Shown piece after piece: positions 1 through 11,768 of a stretch of DNA of 64,000 nt. The notes beneath the pieces were generated by a model. It ran no database searches and had not been told where the DNA came from. It worked only from the letters and a program-made list of their open reading frames with translations. Each line of letters begins with the position of its first letter. The stretch's first letter is position 1. The translations under genes and the position numbers were made by a program. Location: sequence record SRR22947727_339; one strand, given 5' to 3'.

Positions 1-1
1 C

Positions 2-1435
2 AAACTACTGCCGCGCGAACGAGTAGAACGCCTATTGGACCCTGGCACTCCCTTTTTAGAACTCTCTCAAATGGCAGCCTACGAATGTTATGATGATGTC
101 ATACCTGGAGCAGGTATTATAACGGGTGTAGGACGGGTTGAGGGCCGTGAAGTAATGATACTCTGTAATGATGCAACCGTTAAAGGTGGAACTTATTTTC
201 CTATCACGTGTAAAAAGCAGACTAGAGCTCAAGAAATTGCTAGGGAAAACAGACTACCATGTATTTATCTGGTAGATAGTGGTGGCGGCAATCTTCCACA
301 CCAAGCAGAAATCTTCCCGGATAAAGAAATGTTTGGTCGCTGTTTTTATAATGAAGCAACCATGTCAGCGGCTGGAATTCCTCAAATTGCTATTGTTATG
401 GGAAGTTGTACTGCGGGAGGCGCCTATGTCCCTGCCATGGCCGATGAAAATGTAATTGTCGCAAACCAAGGAACTATTTTTTTAGGAGGACCACCACTAG
501 TAAAAGCAGCCACCGGAGAAGATATAACTGCAGAAGAGTTGGGAGGAGGCGCGCTTCATACATCAATTTCCGGAGTAGCTGACCATCTAGCTAATGATGA
601 TGCTCACGCACTAAAAATTGGCCGCAAAATTGTCAAAAGTTTAAATCAACCTAATTATAGCTACTCACCCGAAAAGAGTAACTCACCACTATATGACGTC
701 AATGAACTTAATGGCATCATTCCTTCAGACCTAAAAAAACCCTACGATTGTCGAGAAATTATAGCGCGTATAGTAGATAATTCATATTTTCAGGAATTCA
801 AAAAACTATACGGCGAAACATTAGTGACAGGTTTTGCTAAAATAAAAGGATATAAGGTAGGAATTTTGGGTAATAATGGAGTTCTTTTTTCTGAAAGCGC
901 AATGAAAGGTGCACACTTTATAGAGCTCTGCGCACAGAGGAAAATCCCACTCATTTTTTTACAAAATATTACAGGGTTTATGGTTGGTTCAAAAGCAGAA
1001 TCTGGCGGAATTGCAAAACATGGAGCAAAAATGGTGCACGCAGTTTCTAATGCAAAAGTACCAAAATTTACAGTTGTTATTGGCGGATCATACGGAGCAG
1101 GCAATTATGGGATGTGTGGCCGCGCTTACTCCCCTAGACTAATGTTCATGTGGCCAAATGCTAGAATATCCGTAATGGGAGGAGACCAGGCAGCCAATGT
1201 TTTAGCTTCAGTCAATAGAAATAAAGACAAATGGACAGCAGAAGAAAAAGAAGCATTTATGGCGCCTATACGTGAAAAATATGAGCGTGAAGGTCATCCA
1301 TATTTCGCAAGTGCTCGAATTTGGGACGACGGTGTAATTGCACCTTCAGATACAAGGAATGTACTAGGTTTAGGGCTGGCAATGTCTGCTAATGCACCTT
1401 TGGAAGAGTCAAACTTTGGCGTTTTTAGAATGTAA
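2..1435 (+). CDS. mccB: 3-methylcrotonyl-CoA carboxylase carboxyltransferase (beta) subunit, 5'-truncated by the window edge
   Basis: The frame is open from base 2 ([15 protein letters not shown]). Carboxyltransferase motifs [15 protein letters not shown] and [15 protein letters not shown]-terminus FGVFRM; adjacent to a biotin carboxylase and ivd. Confidence 0.92.
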   Translation, partial: KLLPRERVERLLDPGTPFLELSQMAAYECYDDVIPGAGIITGVGRVEGREVMILCNDATVKGGTYFPITCKKQTRAQEIARENRLPCIYLVDSGGGNLPHQAEIFPDKEMFGRCFYNEATMSAAGIPQIAIVMGSCTAGGAYVPAMADENVIVANQGTIFLGGPPLVKAATGEDITAEELGGGALHTSISGVADHLANDDAHALKIGRKIVKSLNQPNYSYSPEKSNSPLYDVNELNGIIPSDLKKPYDCREIIARIVDNSYFQEFKKLYGETLVTGFAKIKGYKVGILGNNGVLFSESAMKGAHFIELCAQRKIPLIFLQNITGFMVGSKAESGGIAKHGAKMVHAVSNAKVPKFTVVIGGSYGAGNYGMCGRAYSPRLMFMWPNARISVMGGDQAANVLASVNRNKDKWTAEEKEAFMAPIREKYEREGHPYFASARIWDDGVIAPSDTRNVLGLGLAMSANAPLEESNFGVFRM

Positions 1436-1488
1436 CAATTACCTTATATAAAAATATAAAAAAATAGATAAATTGCTAAAAAAAGAAC

Positions 1489-3489
1489 ATGTCCATGAAT
1501 AGCATAAAAAAGATTTTAATAGCCAACCGCGGAGAAATTGCCTGCCGTATAATAGAAACTGCACGCGAGATGAATATCCAAACTGTTGCTATATATTCTG
1601 ATGCAGACATTAACTCTATACATGTTAAAATGGCTGATGAAGCCATAGCTATCGGTGCTTCACCCTCTAATGATAGTTATTTGGTGATAGAAAAAATTAT
1701 TAAAGCTGCAACAGATACTGGTGCCGATGCTATTCACCCTGGATATGGCTTTCTATCTGAAAATCATGTTTTTGCAAAAACCTGTGAAGAATATGGCATT
1801 AATTTTATTGGACCAGATGCTGAAAGCATAAGAAATATGGCACTAAAAGATAGAGCTAAAATTCTTATGAAAAAAGCTGGGGTTCCAATTACTCCCGGAT
1901 ATCAGGGAAACAAACAAAATAAGGATTTTTTGATCAAGGAAGCTGAAAAAATCGGCTTTCCGATAATCATAAAAGCTGTCGCTGGTGGTGGCGGAAAAGG
2001 TATGAGAAAAGTCGAATCCAAAGAGGCATTCCTCAGTGCATTGGAGTCTTGTAAACGTGAAGCAGAAAATAGTTTTGGCAACTCTAAGGTATTACTAGAG
2101 AAATACATCTCTTCCCCTCGGCACATTGAGGTTCAAATTTTTGGCGATGGACTGGGTAATGTAGTTCACATGTTCGAGCGTGATTGCTCAGTTCAACGCC
2201 GGCATCAAAAAGTTATAGAGGAGGCACCTGCTCTCGGAATGACTGATTCTGTCAGAAAAGCTATGACTCACGCAGCTGTAAAAGCAGCAAAAGCAGTTAA
2301 CTATAAAGGTGCTGGTACAGTTGAGTTTATAGTTGATGGCTCACAGAAACTCCATGAAAACGGTTTCTGGTTTATGGAGATGAACACTAGGCTTCAAGTA
2401 GAACACCCTGTTACTGAAATGATAACAGGCCTGAACTTGATAAAATTACAAATTGAGATTGCCGAAGGAAAGGGACTTCCTGCTCAAAAGAGTATAACCA
2501 TGAGTGGGCATGCTATTGAGACGCGAATTTATGCTGAAGATCCATTTAATAACTTTTTTCCCAGCGTAGGAAAAATAGAAAACTTTGACATTCCTTGCGA
2601 CCAATTAAAAAAAGATAGTATTCGTATTGATACGGGTTTTCAAAAAAATGATAGAATTTCTGTTTACTATGATCCCATGATTGCAAAAATGATAACACAT
2701 TCAGATAACAGAAAAGATGCTATTGAAAGTATGGTTTACCTTATATCTGAATCCAGAATCAAAGGAATTAAAACTAATGCAGCCTTTTTGATCAGATGTC
2801 TTACAAATAAAGATTTTATAGACGGCGGTGTCTCAACTCACTTCATAGCTGAAAATATAACTTCATTAACATCTAACGAATATGTAAAAGACAAAAAAAT
2901 ATATGGCCTGACGGCTTTATTTCTTGATAATAATTCTAACAATTCTCAAACAACACCCTTTAATGCATTTGATGGCTGGAGACTAAATCAGCCATTAAGA
3001 AAAAAATATTTCTTCAAAAGAAATGAAGAAATTATTGAGAGTGAAATTATACAGCAAACTGAAAGACAATCACTAATAAGTGTTAACGGTAAAGAGCCCT
3101 TCATAATTTATAAAATAGATAGGCCTGATACAAAAAATAACGAAAAAGCCTTATCTTATTTTTCTGAATGGGAGTTTAAAGAATTCCATAACCATATATC
3201 ATTGTATCGCTACGGACAGGAAATCATTGTTGAAAAAGAAAGTTATCAACTTAATAGACTCAACAACTCAAGCAATGCAGTAATAGCTCCAATGCCAGGA
3301 AAAATAATTGATATGTTTGCAAGCGAGGGAGACAAAATAAAAGAGGGCAAACCTCTTTTGGTTATGGAAGCAATGAAAATGGAAATGACCCTTTATGCCC
3401 CAAAAGATGGAGTTATAAGCGAAATAAAAGTGCAAAACGGTGCTTTAGTCTCAGATGGGGACATACTGGTAAAATTAGAAAATACATAA
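1489..3489 (+). CDS. mccA: 3-methylcrotonyl-CoA carboxylase biotin carboxylase/biotin carrier (alpha) subunit
   Basis: ANRGEIA, HPGYGFLSEN, RDCSVQRRHQK, EMNTRLQVEH and the biotinyl motif EAMKME; lies between mccB and ivd. Confidence 0.9.
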   Translation: MSMNSIKKILIANRGEIACRIIETAREMNIQTVAIYSDADINSIHVKMADEAIAIGASPSNDSYLVIEKIIKAATDTGADAIHPGYGFLSENHVFAKTCEEYGINFIGPDAESIRNMALKDRAKILMKKAGVPITPGYQGNKQNKDFLIKEAEKIGFPIIIKAVAGGGGKGMRKVESKEAFLSALESCKREAENSFGNSKVLLEKYISSPRHIEVQIFGDGLGNVVHMFERDCSVQRRHQKVIEEAPALGMTDSVRKAMTHAAVKAAKAVNYKGAGTVEFIVDGSQKLHENGFWFMEMNTRLQVEHPVTEMITGLNLIKLQIEIAEGKGLPAQKSITMSGHAIETRIYAEDPFNNFFPSVGKIENFDIPCDQLKKDSIRIDTGFQKNDRISVYYDPMIAKMITHSDNRKDAIESMVYLISESRIKGIKTNAAFLIRCLTNKDFIDGGVSTHFIAENITSLTSNEYVKDKKIYGLTALFLDNNSNNSQTTPFNAFDGWRLNQPLRKKYFFKRNEEIIESEIIQQTERQSLISVNGKEPFIIYKIDRPDTKNNEKALSYFSEWEFKEFHNHISLYRYGQEIIVEKESYQLNRLNNSSNAVIAPMPGKIIDMFASEGDKIKEGKPLLVMEAMKMEMTLYAPKDGVISEIKVQNGALVSDGDILVKLENT

Positions 3490-3519
3490 TATTCACACAA
3501 TTCATAAAGGGGAAATATT

Positions 3520-4689
3520 TTGACAACCTCATACCCAACACTTCAATATGGACACTCAGAAGAAACAAATATGCTAAGACAGGCAGTCTATGACTTCACA
3601 AAAAAACATATTTCTCCAATTGCAGCAGATATAGACAAAAGTAATAAGTTTCCCCGTCATTTATGGCCACTCATGGGGGAATTGGGGCTACATGGAATCA
3701 CCGCTGACACAAAAGATGGCGGTTTAGGTCTTGGCTACTTGCAACACACCATTGCTTTAGAAGAAATTAGTAGAGGTTCAGCCTCTGTCGGACTTTCCTA
3801 CGGTGCTCATTCAAATCTATGCATTAACCAACTAAGAAGATGGGGCAATGATGAACAGAAAGCAAAATATTTACCAAAATTAATAAGCGGGGAACATGTT
3901 GGATCTCTCGCAATGTCAGAGTCAGGATCTGGTTCAGATGTAATATCAATGAAATTAAAGGCTGAAACTGCGCAGGGCGGATATTTACTTAATGGAACAA
4001 AAATGTGGATCACTAATGCCCCTGTTGCAGATACACTTTTTGTTTATGCTAAGACGGATCCAAGTGCCGCCTCAAAAGGTATTTCAGCTTTTGTCGTAAC
4101 ACCAGATATGGAAGGCTTTTCTACGTCAAAAAAACTTGATAAACTCGGAATGCGCGGATCTGATACTTGTGAACTGGTTTTCGAAAATTGTTTTGTACCC
4201 GACGAAAATTTAGTAGGAAAAATAGGTCAAGGTGCAGAAATTCTCATGAGTGGATTAGATTACGAACGAGTTGTATTATCAGGTTTATCAATTGGTATTA
4301 TGCAAGCGTGCATGGACATCGTTCTACCCTATATACATGAAAGAAAACAGTTTGGAAAACCCATTGGAACGTTTCAGCTTATGCAGGGAAAACTTGCTGA
4401 TATGTATGTAACTTTGTCAACTGCAAGATCATATGTTTATACAGTAGCCTCAGCATGTGACCGAGGGGAAACAACCCGCAAAGATGCAGCAGGTTGTATA
4501 TTGTATGCAGCAGAAAAATCTACACAAATGGCCTCAGATGCAATTCAAATGCTTGGCGGTATGGGATACATGAACGAAAGTGCAACTGGCCGTCTTTGGC
4601 GTGACGCTAAACTCATGGAAATAGGTGCTGGCACTTCAGAAATTCGTAGATGGTTAATTGGACGAGAACTTTTTGGCGAAACTTGTTAA
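3520..4689 (+). CDS. ivd: Isovaleryl-CoA dehydrogenase
   Basis: Acyl-CoA dehydrogenase fold with [21 protein letters not shown] and [14 protein letters not shown] start after an AAGGGG RBS; leucine-catabolism context. Confidence 0.92.
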   Translation: MTTSYPTLQYGHSEETNMLRQAVYDFTKKHISPIAADIDKSNKFPRHLWPLMGELGLHGITADTKDGGLGLGYLQHTIALEEISRGSASVGLSYGAHSNLCINQLRRWGNDEQKAKYLPKLISGEHVGSLAMSESGSGSDVISMKLKAETAQGGYLLNGTKMWITNAPVADTLFVYAKTDPSAASKGISAFVVTPDMEGFSTSKKLDKLGMRGSDTCELVFENCFVPDENLVGKIGQGAEILMSGLDYERVVLSGLSIGIMQACMDIVLPYIHERKQFGKPIGTFQLMQGKLADMYVTLSTARSYVYTVASACDRGETTRKDAAGCILYAAEKSTQMASDAIQMLGGMGYMNESATGRLWRDAKLMEIGAGTSEIRRWLIGRELFGETC

Positions 4690-4691
4690 AC

Positions 4692-6041
4692 CTAGCAAGA
4701 CTGCCTTTGAAAACTCTCAGTTTTTTTTATAAATTCTGACCAATTATTATCTTGGACAATTGGTTTCCATAAAGTTTCTATATCTTCGTACAATAACCTA
4801 ACTGGATTATCAACTTTAGGAGAAGCCCCGTTAGCTTCAAATTCTTTTAAAGAATTATACCAATCTACAAACTCATCTCCCGAATAAAGATCAGAATTTT
4901 CAGACCTTTTGGCTCTCATCAACTCATTAGCACCACCCTGCCAATCATGCCAAAACTGTGGCCAAGAACATTGGCTATTTTCTAAAAACTTAAAAGTTAA
5001 AGATATAAAATCAAAGTCTTTTTGGTTTTGTTTTGGCTGAATTTTTAGTCTTTCAAAAACGTTATCTCGTAAAGCATCACGGTATGCAGGTGCAAAATCC
5101 TCAAGAACTTTGAGAAGTTTTTTGTCACTGCAAATAAGCGATAAACTTTGAGCCAATTGTCCTAAATTCCAATACATCGCTTCAGGCTGTCTTGAGAAAG
5201 CATATAGACTATTGTGGTCAAAATATGCTGCAGTAAAATTCGATTTCAAACTTGGTAAAAACCTATAAGGGCCATAATCGAAACTTTCTCCAGTTATGTT
5301 CATGTTATCTGTATTCATCACTCCATGAACAAATCCAGCTACCATCCATGATGCCACCAATTCAGATGACTTAAGGACTACAGCATGGAGTAGCTCATCA
5401 GGAGTACATGGACCACTATAAAAATTTTTAATACAATATTGAGTTAGCTTTTCTAAATTATCAGTTTTGTTGAGAAAGGCCTGTCTCTGAAATGTTCCAA
5501 ACCGTATATGTGAATGGGACAATCGCACCATAACTGCTGACCGTGTGGGAGAAGGTTCGTCATTACGTTGAAGCTCTTCTCCTGTTTCAATTAACGATAT
5601 TGTTTTAGATGTATTAACCCCGAGATGTTCTAAATATCGTGAAGCTAAAACCTCCCTAATACCGCCCAGCAGAGTAAGCTTGCCATCACCACCTCTCGAC
5701 CAGGGAGTTTGTCCTGAACCCTTAGTTCCAAAATCTAAAAGTCTTCCTTTGTTATCTCTTAATTGTGCATACAAAAACCCTCTGCCATCACCTAAGTTAG
5801 GATTGTATTGATGAAACTGGTGACCATGATAACGTAAAGCTAAGGGCTTCTTTAAATTATTAGATAACGGGTCAAATAAACCAAAATGTTTTATCCATTC
5901 AGACTTAGTTAGATTTAAACCTACAGTATCCATAGAGAAAGTATCACTATAACGAAGTTCAGTTTTAGGGAAATTCGCAGGAGTTACGATATCGTAAAAT
6001 TCACTCCCTAAAGAAGTAATTTTTGTATCCGGGTGATACAA
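4692..6041 (-). CDS. selO: SelO/YdiU family protein adenylyltransferase (AMPylating pseudokinase)
   Basis: YHGHQF..NLGDGR, KGSGQTPWSRGGDG, HGVMNTDN and DYGP motifs; ends in Ser-Cys-TAG. Confidence 0.9.
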   Translation of the reverse strand: MYHPDTKITSLGSEFYDIVTPANFPKTELRYSDTFSMDTVGLNLTKSEWIKHFGLFDPLSNNLKKPLALRYHGHQFHQYNPNLGDGRGFLYAQLRDNKGRLLDFGTKGSGQTPWSRGGDGKLTLLGGIREVLASRYLEHLGVNTSKTISLIETGEELQRNDEPSPTRSAVMVRLSHSHIRFGTFQRQAFLNKTDNLEKLTQYCIKNFYSGPCTPDELLHAVVLKSSELVASWMVAGFVHGVMNTDNMNITGESFDYGPYRFLPSLKSNFTAAYFDHNSLYAFSRQPEAMYWNLGQLAQSLSLICSDKKLLKVLEDFAPAYRDALRDNVFERLKIQPKQNQKDFDFISLTFKFLENSQCSWPQFWHDWQGGANELMRAKRSENSDLYSGDEFVDWYNSLKEFEANGASPKVDNPVRLLYEDIETLWKPIVQDNNWSEFIKKTESFQRQSC

Positions 6042-6081
6042 AATTATTCCCCATGCTTATATAAGTGAAACTTAACCATAA

Positions 6082-7044
6082 TTAATCTTCTACATATTTT
6101 AACAAGAACTCTGAAGCACTTTTCAAAACTATTTTTCCCTTTGGAAATAAACGTGTAAAATTCAAAAATCCATGAGGTAGTAATTTTTCATGATTATAAT
6201 CTACATTTATCGCATTAACTAATAATTTGTCAGCATACAGTTTTCCCTCATCCCTCAAAGGATCAAGTCCACAAGTCAAAATATAACTTGGCGGTAGACC
6301 CTTTAAATTATCTTCTAACAATGGCGATAAAGATGTTTTTTGAGTATTTGCTCCCGCTACATAATGCTCATCTATAAATTTCAAAGCCATGAAGCCAAGT
6401 TGAAGCCAATCTTGGGGTCCGGGCTTTGGGGGCTTGAAATCAATTAATTGCATTAGTGGGTAAAAAAGAATTTGAGCTTTTACTCTATCTCTAAACTTTT
6501 GAGACAAATAGGCTGTTATATTACCACCCGCACTATCCCCCCCAAGGGAAATATTATTAGAATTAATACCCCATTTTCGGCAATTACTATTATTTAGTGC
6601 CCAATCTAAAACTGCTTCACAATCATTTAAAGCAGCTGGGTAGGGGAATTTAGGAGCAAGTCTGTAATTGACAGACAATACTCTCATCCCGGTATTAAAT
6701 GCTATTCTACGCGTAATGCCCTCATGACTTTCAATTGACCCCGTTACAAAGCCTCCCCCGTGAAAATATATAAGGCATGGACCCTCTGATGGCTTAGCAT
6801 TGAGCGGTACAAATAATCTAACCGGAATTTCAAGGTTTTCTTTTGAAATTATAAAATCATGAATTTCTTTCATGTCGGGAAAAGGGAAATCTAATTGACC
6901 AGCAACCCTGCGAAAGGAATTGTGAATCTCATGGATACTTTCAGGATCAATACGCATTTTTTCTAAACCTGCCTTCAAGCTTTGATCCAAGTCAGCTTTA
7001 AAACTTTTCATTTTTACAATGGGGTCAAACGCGGGCTTTTTCAT
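6082..7044 (-). CDS. HSL-family (family IV) alpha/beta hydrolase, esterase/lipase
   Basis: HGGG oxyanion loop, GDSAGG nucleophile, DPLRDEG and HGF. Confidence 0.88.
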   Translation of the reverse strand: MKKPAFDPIVKMKSFKADLDQSLKAGLEKMRIDPESIHEIHNSFRRVAGQLDFPFPDMKEIHDFIISKENLEIPVRLFVPLNAKPSEGPCLIYFHGGGFVTGSIESHEGITRRIAFNTGMRVLSVNYRLAPKFPYPAALNDCEAVLDWALNNSNCRKWGINSNNISLGGDSAGGNITAYLSQKFRDRVKAQILFYPLMQLIDFKPPKPGPQDWLQLGFMALKFIDEHYVAGANTQKTSLSPLLEDNLKGLPPSYILTCGLDPLRDEGKLYADKLLVNAINVDYNHEKLLPHGFLNFTRLFPKGKIVLKSASEFLLKYVED

Positions 7045-7087
7045 TTATGGTCTCTGCGTAATGCTTAGTTTAAATCTGTTTAATCCA

Positions 7088-8881
7088 CTAAAGGCGCATT
7101 TCGCCATTACTGATACTCTCAAATAATTTTTTAGTCATCTTACGGTATTCTCCAGTACTAGGATCACTAACATAAATTGGGTCATCAAATTTTTTAGGGT
7201 CAAAACCAGCTTTAACTAAGTCTGTCTTTTTAAATTTAAATGTACCCGTCGTCTCCGATTCTTTTGATAACCGAATGAATACTGGCCTTGCATATGCAGG
7301 TAAATTTTCTTGTACATGTTGCATTAAGAGCTTCATATCCAGTTTATTTTCAACAACAAGCGACGCCATACCTGCACGCCCATCATATCCAGAAACGGAA
7401 ACTCCATAAACATTCGCTTCGTTAATGCCATCAAATGATGATAAAACTGAAGCCACCTCACCTGTTGCTACATTCTCTGCTTTCCACCTAAAAGTATCAC
7501 CAACTCTATCAACAAAATAATAATAGCCCATTTTATCTCGTTTAAGTAAATCTCCAGTTCTAAACCAAGCATCACCCTGTTTAAAAACATTTCTCAAAAT
7601 TTTCTTTTGAGTAGCTTCTGAAGTTTCATAACCTTCAAAACGGAACCTTGGGTCACTCTGTCTAATCTCTCCTATCAATTCGCCTACTTCATTATTTTCT
7701 GTTCTTATACATAATCCATTAGAGTCCCTTAAATTTTCTCCCTGCTCAATATCATATTTTATGATATCACAATTAAATTTAGATTTCAGATAACTCGGAA
7801 CACGACCTACAGCTCCTATAGGCCCGTCAATATTCATTAAACTTACATTGCCTTCAGTTGCTCCGTAGAATTCAATTACGTGCTTGATATTAAACCTTTC
7901 TATAAACCCAGCCCAAACCTCTGGCCTCAAGCCATTGCCAATTATCCATTTTAATTTATGATTATTTTCTTTCGGATGAACCGGTGACGACAATAAGAAA
8001 CGACAAAGCTCACCCACATAAACTAAAATTGTAGCTTCATACGTAACAACCTCATCCCAGAAATTTGATACTGAAAATTTAGGCCTAACAATTACAGCAC
8101 CGCCTCTTGTTAAGGCAGCACCAACACCACAAAGTCCCCCTGTTGCATGATACAATGGTAATACCATCATTATACGATCACTTGGCACTGTATCTACACC
8201 GCCAGCAAAACCCCGCATGTAATTCTGTGCACGCACATGAGTTATTTTAGCTGCTTTAGGCATCCCAGTAGTACCAGAGGTAAACATTTTCATACATAAA
8301 TCTCCTCCCTTAACTCCCTCACGGAAATTTCTAGATGGACGTTGAGATGGGTAATTTAATAATTCAGAGTCTAAATTTTTATACTTTTTGATTTTTCCAA
8401 AAATTGAAAATACCTTTAAATTAGTTCTTGCGTGCTTCTTTGCACTTTCCCACTGATCAGCTATTTCATGATCTACAATCACGACTTTTGATTCTGATAC
8501 ATTTATGCAGTGCGCTAATGATGGACCGGCTAATTGATAATTCAAAAGCGCAGGAATAACACCAATTTTTGTGAGACCAAACCAAATTGCAACATAATGC
8601 GCTCGATTTTGTATAAAAAGAGCAACAGTATCGCCTGCAATACATCCCTCTGATAATGCCCATGCCGCAATTCTGTTAGCATATTTTTCCATATCATTAT
8701 ACGTTAGATTGATATCATCCTCTACAAATGCAAGGTTGGCCCCAAATTTATCCACCCGCATTTCAATTTCGTCTGCAATACCAAAATTAGCCTTTGCATC
8801 CACACTCTTCACTTCTTTAATAATACGTAAAAATGCAGCTACATAGTTAAGCTCATCTTTTATTAATTTTAAAAAACTCAT
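7088..8881 (-). CDS. Long/very-long-chain acyl-CoA synthetase (FATP family)
   Basis: AMP-binding motif FTSGTTGMPK, YGATEGN, and the FATP signature WFRTGDLL...DRVGDTFRWKAENV. Confidence 0.9.
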   Translation of the reverse strand: MSFLKLIKDELNYVAAFLRIIKEVKSVDAKANFGIADEIEMRVDKFGANLAFVEDDINLTYNDMEKYANRIAAWALSEGCIAGDTVALFIQNRAHYVAIWFGLTKIGVIPALLNYQLAGPSLAHCINVSESKVVIVDHEIADQWESAKKHARTNLKVFSIFGKIKKYKNLDSELLNYPSQRPSRNFREGVKGGDLCMKMFTSGTTGMPKAAKITHVRAQNYMRGFAGGVDTVPSDRIMMVLPLYHATGGLCGVGAALTRGGAVIVRPKFSVSNFWDEVVTYEATILVYVGELCRFLLSSPVHPKENNHKLKWIIGNGLRPEVWAGFIERFNIKHVIEFYGATEGNVSLMNIDGPIGAVGRVPSYLKSKFNCDIIKYDIEQGENLRDSNGLCIRTENNEVGELIGEIRQSDPRFRFEGYETSEATQKKILRNVFKQGDAWFRTGDLLKRDKMGYYYFVDRVGDTFRWKAENVATGEVASVLSSFDGINEANVYGVSVSGYDGRAGMASLVVENKLDMKLLMQHVQENLPAYARPVFIRLSKESETTGTFKFKKTDLVKAGFDPKKFDDPIYVSDPSTGEYRKMTKKLFESISNGEMRL

Positions 8882-9065
8882 TGTACTTTTTCTTATTTAT
8901 CAACTCATAGACTCATATAATCAGACTAGTATAAATTACTTTAATATCAAAATATCTAATAAAAAAATATATCTATTAAAATACACTTCAGCCCTAAATA
9001 AATTCATCAGCCTTGAAAACTAGTCAGTTTTAGTTAATAGCAATCGAAGAGTTAACAGGATCAAT

Positions 9066-10859
9066 ATGGCCCCCCCTCTTCTTACATTATCCAATATTCA
9101 TCTAACATTTGGTAGTACTCCATTATTCGAAGGAGCTGAATTAACTATCATGCCTAAAGAACGATTATGTATTGTCGGGAGGAACGGCTCCGGGAAATCT
9201 ACGCTATTGAAAATAGCAGCAGGAATGGTAGATTATGATGAAGGAAAGCGGTGGATTAAACCGGGAATAACAATTCGTTATCTTCCTCAAGAGCCTGACC
9301 TTTCTAAATTTAAAACTTCACGGGAATATATAGAAGGCGGTTTAATTGGGGCTGATGATAGTTTTCGGATTCCATATCTACTTGATGGGTTATCGCTAAG
9401 TGGCGATGAAGATCCACAAATTATGTCTGGGGGCGAACTAAGAAGAGCGGCTCTAGCAAGAACACTGGCACCAAAGCCTGATATTTTGATGTTAGATGAA
9501 CCCACAAATCACCTAGATCTTGCAGCCATAGAATGGTTAGAAAATGAGATAAAGTCCTTAGGGTCTTCAGTTATAATTATATCGCATGATAGAAGGTTTC
9601 TCGAGAATCTTTCAAAACGAACTCTATGGGTAGATAGAGGTGAAACCAAACTACTTGAAAAGAATTTTTCCTTTTTTGAAGACTGGAGGGATAAAAATTT
9701 AGAACAAGAAAAACTTGACCAGCACAAACTAAAGCGAAAAATACACAGAGAACAACACTGGGTTATACATGGTGTATCTGGACGTCGAAAAAGAAATGTA
9801 AAAAGATTAAAAGACTTATCAAGCTTACGTAAACAGTTTCAGACCCATAGACAATCAACTGGGAATTTAAATATCACAGTTGCAGATAGTCCGCAGTCAG
9901 GTAGATTTATTTCTAAATTAGTTAGCATCACAAAGTCGTATGGTGATAAAAAAGTTTTTGATGATTTCTCCGTAAAAATAACTAGAGGGGAGCGAATAGG
10001 AGTCGTCGGACCAAATGGCAGTGGAAAAACGACCTTGTTAAAAATAATAATGGGGGAAATTTCACCCGATAAAGGGAGAGTTGAACTTGGTGTAAATCTT
10101 TTACCTTTAATAATAGATCAAAAGCGTGAGAGCCTAAATGATGAATGGACACTATCAGAGGCATTAACAGACAATGGTGGAGATAAGGTCATGGTTGGAG
10201 AAAACTCCGTCCATGTAATTCGCTATATGAAAGACTTCCTTTTTTTACCGGAGCAAGCCAAAACGCCATTACATGCATTATCTGGGGGAGAGAGGGGTCG
10301 CCTTCAGCTAGCACGCGGTTTAAGACTTCCCAGTAATTTACTAGTATTAGATGAACCAACTAATGACCTCGACCTTGAAACATTAGATTTATTGCAGGAA
10401 TTAGTTTCCGATTACGATGGAACAGTAATAGTTGTATCTCATGATCGGGATTTCTTAGACCGCACCGTTACTCGTACGATTGGTTTTGAGGAGGCTTCAA
10501 AATGGCAAATATATCCTGGTGGATATACTGATATGGTCAACCAACGGGGGTTTGGAGTTGTCAGTGCTGACAAGAATTTAAAGTATAAATCGCATAAAAT
10601 TAAACCTACACCACAGCTAACAAAGCCAAAAAATAAACTAACTTACAAAGATAAGTATCGTTTGGAAATTTTACCCCAAGAAATTGAAAAATTCCAAAAT
10701 CAAATCACAGAAATCGAACTTAAACTAACAAATGCTGATTTTTTTCATAAAGATCCAGATGGTTTTAATGTAGCTATAATAAAACTAGATCAACTCAAAA
10801 CTAAACTGGAAAAGTCAGAAGAAGAGTGGTTAAAATTAGAGCTGTTAAATGAAACTTAA
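9066..10859 (+). CDS. uup: ABC-F family ATPase Uup
   Basis: Two ABC domains (GRNGSGKST and GPNGSGKTT; LDEPTN twice), no TM segments, C-terminal coiled coil ending in EEEWLKLE. Confidence 0.85.
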   Translation: MAPPLLTLSNIHLTFGSTPLFEGAELTIMPKERLCIVGRNGSGKSTLLKIAAGMVDYDEGKRWIKPGITIRYLPQEPDLSKFKTSREYIEGGLIGADDSFRIPYLLDGLSLSGDEDPQIMSGGELRRAALARTLAPKPDILMLDEPTNHLDLAAIEWLENEIKSLGSSVIIISHDRRFLENLSKRTLWVDRGETKLLEKNFSFFEDWRDKNLEQEKLDQHKLKRKIHREQHWVIHGVSGRRKRNVKRLKDLSSLRKQFQTHRQSTGNLNITVADSPQSGRFISKLVSITKSYGDKKVFDDFSVKITRGERIGVVGPNGSGKTTLLKIIMGEISPDKGRVELGVNLLPLIIDQKRESLNDEWTLSEALTDNGGDKVMVGENSVHVIRYMKDFLFLPEQAKTPLHALSGGERGRLQLARGLRLPSNLLVLDEPTNDLDLETLDLLQELVSDYDGTVIVVSHDRDFLDRTVTRTIGFEEASKWQIYPGGYTDMVNQRGFGVVSADKNLKYKSHKIKPTPQLTKPKNKLTYKDKYRLEILPQEIEKFQNQITEIELKLTNADFFHKDPDGFNVAIIKLDQLKTKLEKSEEEWLKLELLNET

Positions 10860-10936
10860 AGCATTATATTAATATAATTGTTGAAAGAATTTTACTACTG
10901 CACAAAAAGAAAAGTATTTGAGACCAATCTATAAAA

Positions 10937-11533
10937 ATGACCAATGATATAATTATTATAGCACGCCACGGAAACCCCGAACTTTCTCGTAAGGTTAGAT
11001 TAAACTGGAGGGAGTATAGGGAGTGGTGGTCAAAATACCAAATAAGTGGTCTAAAAAAAGATCAAAAAATACCCAAAAAGTTAAAAAAATGGGCTGAAAA
11101 GTCAGATATTGTAATATCAAGCTCATTATTAAGAGCACAGGAGTCAGCAATACTGGCAACAGGACGAAAACCAGATTTTATTTATGAGGACCTAGTAGAG
11201 GCACCCCTTCCCTCACCCCACTTTGGTTCAATAAAAATAAGACCTAAAAGCTGGGGAACTTGGTCAAGAATAGTTTGGTATTTTGGATGGTCTGATGGAA
11301 TGGAGAGTCACAAATCAGCCCGCATAAGAGCAAATAATATGAGCAGCATACTAAGCAATCACTCCAAAGGAGGCAAAATAATATATGTTTCTGGACATGG
11401 TTGGTTTAATAGAATGCTAAAAGGTTCATTAAAAAAACAAGGCTGGAAATGCAAAAGTCAAAATGGAGATTTGCACTGGAGTCATAGACGCTTTGAGAGA
11501 CCTACACAAAAATCAATAAAAATTGGAAATTAA
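10937..11533 (+). CDS. Histidine phosphatase superfamily protein
   Basis: N-terminal [12 protein letters not shown] and a C-terminal HG motif. Confidence 0.75.
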   Translation: MTNDIIIIARHGNPELSRKVRLNWREYREWWSKYQISGLKKDQKIPKKLKKWAEKSDIVISSSLLRAQESAILATGRKPDFIYEDLVEAPLPSPHFGSIKIRPKSWGTWSRIVWYFGWSDGMESHKSARIRANNMSSILSNHSKGGKIIYVSGHGWFNRMLKGSLKKQGWKCKSQNGDLHWSHRRFERPTQKSIKIGN

Positions 11534-11534
11534 T

Positions 11535-11768
11535 ATGACAGAACCTATAAAAGAAATGACTTTTGAAAATGCATTAAATGAACTTGAAAACATTGTTAGC
11601 AAGCTTGAAAGAGGTGAGGTTACACTTGAGGAAAGTATTGCCATCTATGAAAGAGGGGCTAAGTTGAAAGCCCATTGTGAAGGAAAACTTAAAGACGCTC
11701 AATTAAAAGTAGAAAAAATTATCTTGAATAAAGATGGGAAAGCAAAGACAGTTCCCTTTAATGAATAA
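11535..11768 (+). CDS. xseB: Exodeoxyribonuclease VII small subunit
   Basis: [32 protein letters not shown]; xseB-ispA-dxs synteny; ATG at 11535. Confidence 0.93.
   Translation: MTEPIKEMTFENALNELENIVSKLERGEVTLEESIAIYERGAKLKAHCEGKLKDAQLKVEKIILNKDGKAKTVPFNE

Noticed and set aside
4692-4700. Selenocysteine at the SelO C-terminus
   Set aside because: The terminal codons are TCT TGC TAG: Cys and an amber stop, with no in-frame TGA.
10863-10878. Perfect palindrome ATTATATTAATATAAT after uup
   Set aside because: It is AT-only, unstable as a hairpin, and has no second copy or recognisable regulator match.
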